From contig CBDUPA010000001.1 of assembly GCA_965368975.1 (NCBI GenBank), forward strand, positions 352,001 to 416,000: a stretch of DNA of 64,000 nt. Reading direction: 5' to 3'. This document shows positions 16,901 through 25,190 of this stretch, piece by piece. The notes under the pieces are model-generated. The model saw only the letters and a list, made by a program, of their open reading frames with translations. It had not been told where the DNA came from and made no database searches. How positions within the stretch are numbered: position 1 is the first letter of the stretch; every line of letters starts with the position of its first letter. The DNA is from an uncultured bacterium (GTDB taxonomy: Bacteria; Acidobacteriota; Thermoanaerobaculia; Multivoradales; JAHZIX01). The position numbers were made by a program, and so were the translations under genes.

Positions 16901-17407
16901 AGCCGATGCTCGAGCTGATTACCTGCTTGCAGCGCAACGGCTCTCGCATCTACATCGTCTCCGCCGGTGGCGTCGACTTCATGCGGCCCTGGGCGGCGCC
17001 TATCTACGGCATCGCACCGGAGCACGTCGTTGGTACGAGCGTCAAGGCCCAGTTTCGGATGGTAGACGCAGAACCGGTTGACCAGCGTCTATCGGAGATC
17101 TTCTTCTTCGACGACAAGGGCGGCAAGCCGGTGTCGATCCAGCACCACATCGGTCGCCGTCCGATCGCCGCGTTCGGCAACTCGGATGGGGACCTTGCAG
17201 ATGCTGCAGTGGACGACGGCCGGCAGCGGCCGGCGCTTTCGTTTGCTGGTTCACCACACGGACGCGGAGCGCGAGTGGGAGTACGACCGGGATTCGGACG
17301 TGGGCAAATTGGACAAGGCGCTGGATGCGGCACCGTCGCAGGGGTGGACGGTGGTGGATATGAAGAAGGATTGGAAGGTGGTGTTTCCGCCGTCGCCGCG
17401 ACCCTAG
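16897..17407 (+). pseudogene. HAD-like hydrolase remnant (5'-truncated, in-frame stop, frameshift)
   Basis: Y*PMLEL...IVSAGGVDFMRPW...DDKGGKPV...AFGNSDGD, then frameshift near 17195 into LQMLQW...HHTDAEREWEYDR...GWTVVDMKKDW. Confidence 0.85.
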
Positions 17408-17410
17408 CGC

Positions 17411-17476
17411 GAGCTGGCCGTCGTCGAGTTGGCCGTCGTCGAACTGGTCGTCGTCGAGCTGATAGTCGGCGAGCTC
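17411..17476. repeat. 15-bp tandem repeat, about 4 copies
   Basis: GAGCTGGCCGTCGTC-like units. Confidence 0.8.
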
Positions 17477-17601
17477 GGATCCGGCGGGGATCTTGCTCGT
17501 GCTTCATCCAGAATGGGTGTTTTGGCGTAGGGATACATAGGGATCATCAAATCTCGATTCATTCAAGAATGGCCAATTCGCTCTCAGGGAGATGAATCAA
17601 C

Positions 17602-18186
17602 ATGCATAGAGATTCTGTACTCGAACCGATCTGCACTGCCCTGGCGCTGCTCGGCTGCACTCTGTTGGCGGTCGCCCCCCTGGCTGCTTCGAGTCACCGC
17701 GAAGCTCCGGGCATCCTGTCCATGCCGCAAGTGGACGGCACTGACTTCTACATGTTCCGCAGCTACGAGCCCGGCCGTGCTGGCTTCGTGACGTTGATCG
17801 CCAACTACAACCCGTTGCAGGATCCCTACGGGGGTCCGAACTACTTCCCGCTCGATCCGGACGCCTTCTACGACATCCACATCACCAACAACGGGGACGC
17901 CGAAGAGGATCTGACGTTTCGCTTCCGTTTCCGTCAGAACTCGCCTTTCATCGCGCTCGACATCGGCGCCCATCGAGACCCTGAGGGGACTTTCCGTGCC
18001 GGCGACTATCAGCTCTATCCCGAGGGGTCGACGCACGCGCCGCGTGTCGATCCCGGCAGCCCCGGCTGGGTCGTGGCACGCCTCGGAGGGCGCGTGCGCT
18101 TTACCGGCATCCGAGGCCTGGCGGTGGCACTTTGGCGCCGCACCAGAGCGCTGCGGCGCACGGTAGCTTCGAAGCCTTCGAATTAG
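17602..18186 (+). pseudogene. Chimeric ORF: DUF4331 N-terminus fused to a ChrR-like cupin C-terminus
   Basis: Signal peptide + ASSHREAP...DGTDFYMFRS...LIANYNPLQDPYGGPNYF (DUF4331) switches near 17970 to DPEGTFRAGDY...PEGSTHAP...GRVRFTG (cupin-like). Confidence 0.65.
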
Positions 18187-18701
18187 CCGATGCGCCCGGT
18201 TCTCCCGCGCAGGTTCCCGGAGCGCACCCAGAGGCGCGAGAGCAATCTTGGGTAGCTTTCGCTCAGCTTGCCGCGCTGCTCGGCGGTCAGCTCGGCGATG
18301 ACCGCGATCATCATGTCGATCTGCTGCTGCACGGGCGTGCTGGTCGTGGTGGCGATCTCGTCACGGCTCGCGCGAGCAGCCGTGGTGTCGCCGCGGCCCA
18401 GAGCTTCGCCCAGGTTCTTCAGAGCCTCGCGGTGCTTCTTGAGTTCCTCTCCACGCTGCTCGAGGAAGGCCACCAGATGGCCGTCCATGCGCGAACGCTG
18501 AGCGTCGCTCAGACCGAGTTCCTCGACCTTCTGTGGTTGATTCCACCACAGCTTCGACACCAACTTCTGGGTCTGTGTCGCGGCGCGCTCCTCGGCCGGT
18601 GATGCCTGAGCTTGCGCGTTCGTTGCTGTGATTGGGGTGAAAAGCGCCAGGCAGGTACCGGCGAAGAGGAGGTGGCGTAGAGTTTGCCGGGTGCGGGACA
18701 T
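18183..18701 (-). CDS. Periplasmic Spy/CpxP/heavy-metal-sensor-like helical protein
   Basis: Signal peptide; KLWWNQPQKVEELGLSDAQRSRM; C-terminal LTAEQRGKL (LTxxQ motif). Confidence 0.7.
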   Translation of the reverse strand: MSRTRQTLRHLLFAGTCLALFTPITATNAQAQASPAEERAATQTQKLVSKLWWNQPQKVEELGLSDAQRSRMDGHLVAFLEQRGEELKKHREALKNLGEALGRGDTTAARASRDEIATTTSTPVQQQIDMMIAVIAELTAEQRGKLSESYPRLLSRLWVRSGNLRGRTGRIG

Positions 18702-18809
18702 GGTGAGCTCCTGAGGAAGTAGTGTTGTATCCGGGGCCGGTATACTATCGGGCCGATCAGGAAGCCTGCAACGTCCTCGCACACGTCCCCCCGGAGATAT
18801 CGTCAGCTC

Positions 18810-21596
18810 ATGCGTACACTGAGACTCCTCGCTCTGGCTCTCTTCGTAGCCGCCGCCGCCATCCTTGTCTTTGTCTTCGTGCGCCAGCCACCATCGGCTT
18901 CCGAGGGGGCGGCACGTGCTGGGCGTGAGCTGCCGCGCGGCGAGCGTTCGGTGTTGGTGGTCACGGTGGACACCACGCGTCCCGATCGACTCGAGCCCTA
19001 TGGTGCCGATAACGTCGAGACACCGGTACTGTCCCGCTTGGCGCAGCGCGGCATCGTGTTCGAGAACGCTTCTGCGGTGGCACCGATCACGCTGGTCGCG
19101 CACACCAGCATTCTGTCCGGTCTCTATCCGTTCGAGCACGGCGTGCGCAACAATGGCCTGCAATACGTCTCGGAGTCGGTGACCACGCTAGCCGAGCGGC
19201 TGCAGGCAGAGGACTACCGAACGGCTGCCTTTGTTTCGGCTGCCGTGCTCGACCAACGCTACGGCCTCGATCAGGGTTTCGAGGTCTACGATGACGATCT
19301 GTCGCAGCGGCGCAACGTCAGCCCGCGCATGGTCGCGGATCGGCCTGCCGAGTACACGGTCGCGGCCGCGGCTGCCTGGCTGGATGGCTTGGACGAGGAC
19401 GAGAACTTCTTCGCCTGGGTCCACTTCTACGACCCGCACGCCAGCTACTCACCGCCACCACCGTATCGCGACGAGTATCGAGAGCGGTTGTATGACGGTG
19501 AAATCGCCTACATGGACGCGCAGCTCGGCGAGCTGCTGAGTCACCCGCGCCTGCTTGGCGGTTGGGGCGCGACGCAGGGAGAGGGCGGTGGCGAACCGCC
19601 GATCGTGATGGTGATTGGCGATCATGGTGAGAGCCTGGGCGAACACGGCGAGCGTACGCACGCCATTCTGGCCTACGACTCGACCCTGCACGTTCCGTGG
19701 GTTCTGCATGTGCCGGGCGGCCCCTCCGGGCTGCGCATCAGCGAGCATGTTGGGCAAGTCGACCTGATGCCGACAGTGCTGTCCCTGCTCGAGCTTGCTC
19801 CCGCGCAGGGACTCGCTGGCCGTGACCTGGTACCGCTCATCGAGGGGCGCGTCGACGAGCCGGAACGTCCCTACTACTCCGAGACCTACCTGCCGTTTTA
19901 CACCTACGGCTGGGCCAAGCTGCGCGTGATGCGTCGCGGTCGCTGGAAACTGATCGACGCCCCCGCTCCCGAGCTCTACGACCTGGTGCGAGACCCCCGT
20001 GAGTTGACCGATCAGCACGGCCAGGAGAGTGGCTTGACGCATGACCTGAAGCGCGATCTCGACGAATGGTTGGAAGCTAGCGGGGATGGTGATCGCGAGG
20101 CCAGCCTGTCGCTCGACAGCGAAGCGCTGGCGCAACTGCGCAGCCTGGGGTATGCCTCGGTGGGCAGCGGGCGGCAGGACGACGGCAGCGAGCGGCCGAA
20201 TCCGATGGAGATGATCGAGCAGCACGTCGGCCTGGAGCGGGCCCGCACCTTCCTTGCCGATCGCTTGTACGACCAGGCGGTGCGACAACTCGAGGGCGTC
20301 TTGCGGCGTGACCCTCAGAATCTGGCGGCCTTGATCGACCTGGTGCGTGCGCACGAGGGGCTGGGCAACATCGAGGAAGCGCTGCGTCTTGCCGAGCGGG
20401 CCCTGACGCTGGATCCCGAGTACACCCAGACGTACATGATGCTGGCGCGCTTGGAAGCCCAGCACGACGACCTGCCCAAGGCGATCGAACTGGTCGATCT
20501 GGCGATCGGGCGTGACCCACAGCATCCAGACCTACGGATTCAGAAAGCCTCGTTCCTGCAGCGCCTGGGTCGCCTGGACGAAGCGCGCGATGTTCTCGCC
20601 GAGAGCCTGACACAGAACCCCGAACATCCGCGAACCAATGCGGTCTACGCTCACATGGTCGAGGCTCGGCTAGGCGAGGTCGAGGCCGCTGAACGCCGTC
20701 TCGTCCAAGCTTTGGAAAACGATCCCTATCTGGATCAAGGATGGCTGTTCCTCGGTCGCATCCAGGAGCGCGGCCAGCGCTTCGACGATGCCTTGACCAG
20801 CTTACGTCGTGGTCTGCAGAGCCGGGCCGACGACGCCGACCTGCACGGTGCCATCGGGCATCTGCAAGCGCGGCTCCGGCAGCACGAGGAAGCCGTGGTG
20901 CACCTGCGCGAGGCGATCCGCCTGAGTCCACAGCCACGCTCTGAACTCTACGTCAGCTTGGGCGGCGTGCTGGCCGAACTGGGGCGTCTGGAAGAAGCGC
21001 GCCTCGAGTACGACAAAGTACTGGCTCTGGAGCCCAAGCATCCGGGAGCCCGCAACAACGCGGCGATCGCTCTCTACCGCTCCGGCCGCACCGAGGATGC
21101 CGAGGCGATGCTGAATCAGGTCGTTGCCGACTTTCCCCGCCTCGCCGATGCCCACAACAACCTGGCCGCCATCGCGGTCGACCAGCAGCAGTGGCAGGAC
21201 GTCATTCGACACAGCCGGCGGACCTTGGAGCTGGCTCCGACGGCGGTCGAGGCTTGGAACAACCTGGGGATCGGGCTGGAGGAAACCGGGCAGGTCGACG
21301 AAGCACGCGAAGCCTACGAGAAGGCGCTGGACATCGACGCCGAATACTGGCCCGGGTTCTTCAACCTTGGTTTGCTGTTGAAGAAGACTGGTGCGACCCG
21401 TGAAGCCGTGACCGCTTTCAACGAGGTACTGACGCGGGTACCCAACCATGCCGAGGCGCACCTGGAACTGGGCGAACTCTACAGCGAAGCGCTGGTCGAC
21501 TTGGCACAAGCGCGCGTGCACTGGAATGCCTTTCTGCGCCACGCACCGGCACACCCGCGCGGTGGGGAGATCCGGCAGCGTCTGGCGGCCCTCTGA
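18810..21596 (+). CDS. Sulfatase-like hydrolase (alkaline phosphatase superfamily) with C-terminal TPR array
   Basis: VLVVTVDTTRPD, PITLVAHTSILSGLYP, WVHFYDPH, YDGEIAYMD, GDHGE, LHVPW, ELYDL..DP.E, LRSLGY; many TPRs (AHNNLA, AWNNLG, FFNLG). Confidence 0.9.
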   Translation: MRTLRLLALALFVAAAAILVFVFVRQPPSASEGAARAGRELPRGERSVLVVTVDTTRPDRLEPYGADNVETPVLSRLAQRGIVFENASAVAPITLVAHTSILSGLYPFEHGVRNNGLQYVSESVTTLAERLQAEDYRTAAFVSAAVLDQRYGLDQGFEVYDDDLSQRRNVSPRMVADRPAEYTVAAAAAWLDGLDEDENFFAWVHFYDPHASYSPPPPYRDEYRERLYDGEIAYMDAQLGELLSHPRLLGGWGATQGEGGGEPPIVMVIGDHGESLGEHGERTHAILAYDSTLHVPWVLHVPGGPSGLRISEHVGQVDLMPTVLSLLELAPAQGLAGRDLVPLIEGRVDEPERPYYSETYLPFYTYGWAKLRVMRRGRWKLIDAPAPELYDLVRDPRELTDQHGQESGLTHDLKRDLDEWLEASGDGDREASLSLDSEALAQLRSLGYASVGSGRQDDGSERPNPMEMIEQHVGLERARTFLADRLYDQAVRQLEGVLRRDPQNLAALIDLVRAHEGLGNIEEALRLAERALTLDPEYTQTYMMLARLEAQHDDLPKAIELVDLAIGRDPQHPDLRIQKASFLQRLGRLDEARDVLAESLTQNPEHPRTNAVYAHMVEARLGEVEAAERRLVQALENDPYLDQGWLFLGRIQERGQRFDDALTSLRRGLQSRADDADLHGAIGHLQARLRQHEEAVVHLREAIRLSPQPRSELYVSLGGVLAELGRLEEARLEYDKVLALEPKHPGARNNAAIALYRSGRTEDAEAMLNQVVADFPRLADAHNNLAAIAVDQQQWQDVIRHSRRTLELAPTAVEAWNNLGIGLEETGQVDEAREAYEKALDIDAEYWPGFFNLGLLLKKTGATREAVTAFNEVLTRVPNHAEAHLELGELYSEALVDLAQARVHWNAFLRHAPAHPRGGEIRQRLAAL

Positions 21597-21825
21597 GTGT
21601 CGAGCTTGGGCAGGCGACGATCCGGTGCGCCATCGTCCGAACGGTGCACGCCGGCATTGCACATGAACGCCTTCTAAAGTAGACTCCCAGAGTCCGAAAG
21701 GACACCTCCGCCAAACATCCTGATTGCTTGAAAGATCCTAGGATCTAGAGGTTCGAATTTCGGTAGGTCTGGCGCTTCAGGAGTCAGATACTCGGAGTCG
21801 CCCTCTGCCCTCGAAGGAAATCGAT

Positions 21826-22494
21826 ATGTCGAAGTCACTGCTCAAGGCCACACTGCTGCTCGCTGTCGTCTTGGTGCTCGCGCCACTGGCAGCCGAGGCC
21901 AGCCACATTACCGGTATCCGCATCACGCCGACCGGCGTCGCTGGCCTGCAGGTCAACGTCGACGTGACCGCCTTCTACTCCACCGGTTCGACGGAGACAA
22001 CGGCGTATCTTGGCACCTACTACAACCAGGTTCCGGCGATCGATTGGGGTGACGGCAATACGACTCCCCGATATGGCTACGGTTCTTCGACGGGAATTCC
22101 GTTGGTAGCGACCAGCACGGTGGTGAACGGCATTCCCGCACGAGCCTACCGGGGTAGCTTCATGCACACCTACACAGCTCCCGGCAACTACACGATCGCG
22201 GCCAACACGGCCTGCTGTCCGTTGACGACGCCGACGTACACCCTGGTATCTGGCACGATTCTCACCACGACGTTCACCACCTCGACCCCGTTCTCGACCA
22301 TGGCAACGGTCACCACGTCGTTCGTCCAGAACACGCTCGCCGTTGCTGTCGGAGAGCTCAGCAACGCGCTCGACATTCCGACCGCGTCTAACGTCGGCTT
22401 GGTGTTGCTGGCCGGTCTGCTGATGATCGCGGCCTTCTATGTACTACGGCGCAGTCGGGTTCGGGACAGCGTGAGGTCGACGCTCCGGCAGTGA
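21826..22494 (+). CDS. IPTL-CTERM-type sorted surface protein (paralog A)
   Basis: Signal peptide; PKD-like IDWGDG; CC motif; Thr-rich segment; C-terminal DIPTASNVGLVLLAGLLMIAAFYVLRRSR (motif, TM helix, basic tail). Confidence 0.8.
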   Translation: MSKSLLKATLLLAVVLVLAPLAAEASHITGIRITPTGVAGLQVNVDVTAFYSTGSTETTAYLGTYYNQVPAIDWGDGNTTPRYGYGSSTGIPLVATSTVVNGIPARAYRGSFMHTYTAPGNYTIAANTACCPLTTPTYTLVSGTILTTTFTTSTPFSTMATVTTSFVQNTLAVAVGELSNALDIPTASNVGLVLLAGLLMIAAFYVLRRSRVRDSVRSTLRQ

Positions 22495-24284
22495 TCCAAG
22501 CTTTCGGCAGGATCAGCCTTTCGATGCGGCCAGTTCGGAAGCGCTCGCTTCCGAGTCTGGCCGCGTTCGTTTGTCCTCTTCTCTTGGCCCCAGTTTTGGT
22601 TCCGGCCTTGGGCTGGACGCTTGAGGCTGCGGCGCAGGTCTCGTTCGTAGAGGCCGGTGACAGCAGCGGCTTTGAGCGTTACGTAGGGGCTGACAATCGC
22701 AGCTTCGGCAGTGGCGCCGCTGCGGCGGACTTCGACGATGACGGAGACATCGACCTCTTCGTTCCCAACACCAATGGGTTTCCCGACCAGCTCTACCGCA
22801 ACCACGGCGATGGTACCTTCGAGGAGGTCGCGGCCGTACTCGGCGTGGACAGTCTCGAACGCGCTGGAAGTAGCCTGTTCTTCGACTACGACGCCGACGG
22901 TCGCCTCGACCTGCTGGTGGCCGGCGATTGCTACCTGGACGACGCAGCCTGCACCCGCGGTGTGTCCTTCCAGCGCCTCTACCGTCAGACCGAGAGCGGA
23001 CCCTTCGTCGAGGTGACCGCCGAGGCCGGCTTGTTCGACGCCGAGCACCACAGTGGCGAGCATCGCGGCGGCAGCGCGGCCGGGGATCTCAACGGCGATG
23101 GCTACCTGGACTTCGTGACCGTTTTTTGGGACGGTACCTTCTACCTCTTCTTGAACCAGGGAGATGGCAGCTTCGAGGAGGTCTCGGCCTTGGCTGGTAT
23201 CGACGATGCGGTGCTCGGCTACTGGCAGCCGGTGATTCTCGATGTCGACGGGGACGGCTGGCAGGACATCTACGTGGCGGTCGATTTCACCGAGAATCGT
23301 CTGTGGATGAACCAGGGCTTCGGGTCCGCGGAAGTGCAAGCCAGGGCGGGGAAGCAGGCTCGGGTGCCTGCTTTTGTCGATGCCGGTGCCGACGCTCGCT
23401 GCGACAACGCGATGAACGACATGGGCGTCACGGTCGGAGACTTCGACGCTGACGGCGATCCGGACTTCTACGTCACCAACATCTTCGGCACGGTTGGCAC
23501 CAGTGGGCTCGAGGAGCACAACATCTTGCTGCGCAATGACTCGGCCGTCGCTGGGGTGCTCTTTGCGGAAGTCTCCGGGGACCTTGGCGTGCGGGACGGT
23601 GGCTGGGGTTGGGGTACCACCTTTCTCGACGTCGACAACGACACGGATCTCGATCTGGCCGAAACCAACGGCTGGCGCTTTCAGCGCTGGCGCCAGCCGC
23701 CGCGCTTGTTCCTCAACGAGGAGGACACATCGGCGAGTCCCGTGTTCATCGAGCAGGCCGCGGCGGCGGGTTTGACCGACAATGGTTGGGGCAGCGCGCT
23801 ACTTGCCTTCGATGCCGACCGCGACGGTGATCTAGATCTCTTCCAGACCGTTCGCGACGAGCCGCTCCAGTTGTACCTGAACCAGCTGGATCCTTCGCCG
23901 CTTGGGGAAGGGGAGGTAGATCGTAATTACCTGGTCGTGCGGCCGCGGCAGCGTGGCGAGACGCGCGGTGGGCGCAACGTGCACGCGATCGGTGCCAGGA
24001 TCGTGGTGGAAACTGAGCTGGCTACGATGACGCGCTGGATTACCGCCGGTATCAGCTTCCTCGGCCAGGAACCGGCCGAGGCACACTTCGGTTTGGGGGT
24101 GGCCTCGCTGGCGGAGCGCATCACCGTTTACTGGCCCCAAGGTGGCCGGACGTCCTTCTGCAATGTGCCTACCGGACAGGTTCTGACGGCGACGCCGAGT
24201 GAGTTGCGCGGTGCAACCGATGATTTCGTGATAGGCCCTTGTCCGGAAGCCCAGCGTGAGCTGCGGTCGCTGGTTCTCCCATGA
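22491..24284 (+). CDS. CRTAC1/ASPIC-UnbV family FG-GAP repeat protein (paralog 1)
   Basis: DFDDDGDIDL repeats; MGVTVGDFD; WGWGTTFLD; AIGARI...GISFLGQ...AHFGLG...VYWP (UnbV/ASPIC); start could be ATG 22524. Confidence 0.9.
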   Translation: MIQAFGRISLSMRPVRKRSLPSLAAFVCPLLLAPVLVPALGWTLEAAAQVSFVEAGDSSGFERYVGADNRSFGSGAAAADFDDDGDIDLFVPNTNGFPDQLYRNHGDGTFEEVAAVLGVDSLERAGSSLFFDYDADGRLDLLVAGDCYLDDAACTRGVSFQRLYRQTESGPFVEVTAEAGLFDAEHHSGEHRGGSAAGDLNGDGYLDFVTVFWDGTFYLFLNQGDGSFEEVSALAGIDDAVLGYWQPVILDVDGDGWQDIYVAVDFTENRLWMNQGFGSAEVQARAGKQARVPAFVDAGADARCDNAMNDMGVTVGDFDADGDPDFYVTNIFGTVGTSGLEEHNILLRNDSAVAGVLFAEVSGDLGVRDGGWGWGTTFLDVDNDTDLDLAETNGWRFQRWRQPPRLFLNEEDTSASPVFIEQAAAAGLTDNGWGSALLAFDADRDGDLDLFQTVRDEPLQLYLNQLDPSPLGEGEVDRNYLVVRPRQRGETRGGRNVHAIGARIVVETELATMTRWITAGISFLGQEPAEAHFGLGVASLAERITVYWPQGGRTSFCNVPTGQVLTATPSELRGATDDFVIGPCPEAQRELRSLVLP

Positions 24285-24439
24285 GCCTGGTTCCTTGAAG
24301 GTCGCAGGTGCTTTGCAGTACACTCGGTCGCCACGGAAGTTAAATTCCTAACCCCTTACAGCAAATCCCCAAGTTTGCTTGCCGGTTCGGGCGCAAGAGA
24401 GACTTCTCGGCGCTCAGCTAGCTCGAGAAGGAGACGCCA

Positions 24440-25090
24440 ATGACATCCCATCCAATTCTCCGGGCCGCCTTGCTGGCACTGCTTCTGGTGGTGGTTCCCG
24501 TAACCGCCGACGCCAGCCACATTTCTGGGATTCGTATCACCCAGACGGCTGTAGCTGGTCTCGACGTCGATATCGACGTTACCGCTTTCTACACCACCGG
24601 CTCCACGGAGACCACTGCCAATCTCGGGACCTATTACAACCAGGTTCCCGCCGTCGATTGGGGGGATGGTTCGACTGTACCGCGCTATGGCTACGGATCG
24701 TCGACCGGGATTCCGCTGGTCGCGACCAGCACCGTGGTCAATGGTATTCCCGCGCGCGCGTATCGCGGTAGCTTCAGTCATTCGTACGCTACGGCCGGGA
24801 ACTATACGATCTCGGCGAACACGGGGTGCTGCCCGATCACGACGCCGACCTACACCCTGGTCAGCGGTACGATCTTGACCACGACCGTTACGACGACCGG
24901 GCCGTTCGGCCCGACCACCTTCACGACCTCGTTCGTGCAGAACACGTTGAACGTGGCGACCGGCGTTGTGAGCAGCGCTCTGGACATCCCGACCGCGTCG
25001 AACGTGGCTCTGATTCTCCTCGCCGGCTTGTTGATGATCGCGGCCTTCCAGGTGCTCCGGCGCAGCCGGGCGAGCGCGCCGCTGCGCTGA
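24440..25090 (+). CDS. IPTL-CTERM-type sorted surface protein (paralog B)
   Basis: Near-identical core to 21826-22494; ends DIPTASNVALILLAGLLMIAAFQVLRRSR; GAAGGAG RBS. Confidence 0.8.
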   Translation: MTSHPILRAALLALLLVVVPVTADASHISGIRITQTAVAGLDVDIDVTAFYTTGSTETTANLGTYYNQVPAVDWGDGSTVPRYGYGSSTGIPLVATSTVVNGIPARAYRGSFSHSYATAGNYTISANTGCCPITTPTYTLVSGTILTTTVTTTGPFGPTTFTTSFVQNTLNVATGVVSSALDIPTASNVALILLAGLLMIAAFQVLRRSRASAPLR

Positions 25091-25190
25091 CGGGTTCCGC
25101 TGCGAGCCCGAGTTGCTCCCGCTCCCTGTGAGCGTATCGAGGTGGCGATTCGCCGCCTCGATACCTGCCAGGGCTCCTTCATGCCGGGCG

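Noticed and set aside
16900-16902. TAG read-through (pyrrolysine) or programmed frameshift in the HAD gene
   Set aside because: The gene is also 5'-truncated, and the frameshift lacks a slippery site; pseudogenisation is the simpler explanation
21826-25090. Diversity-generating retroelement template/variable repeat pair (also considered for the tetR duplication at 60280/60978)
   Set aside because: Differences are not adenine-specific, both IPTL copies are full genes with mostly synonymous changes, and no reverse transcriptase is present
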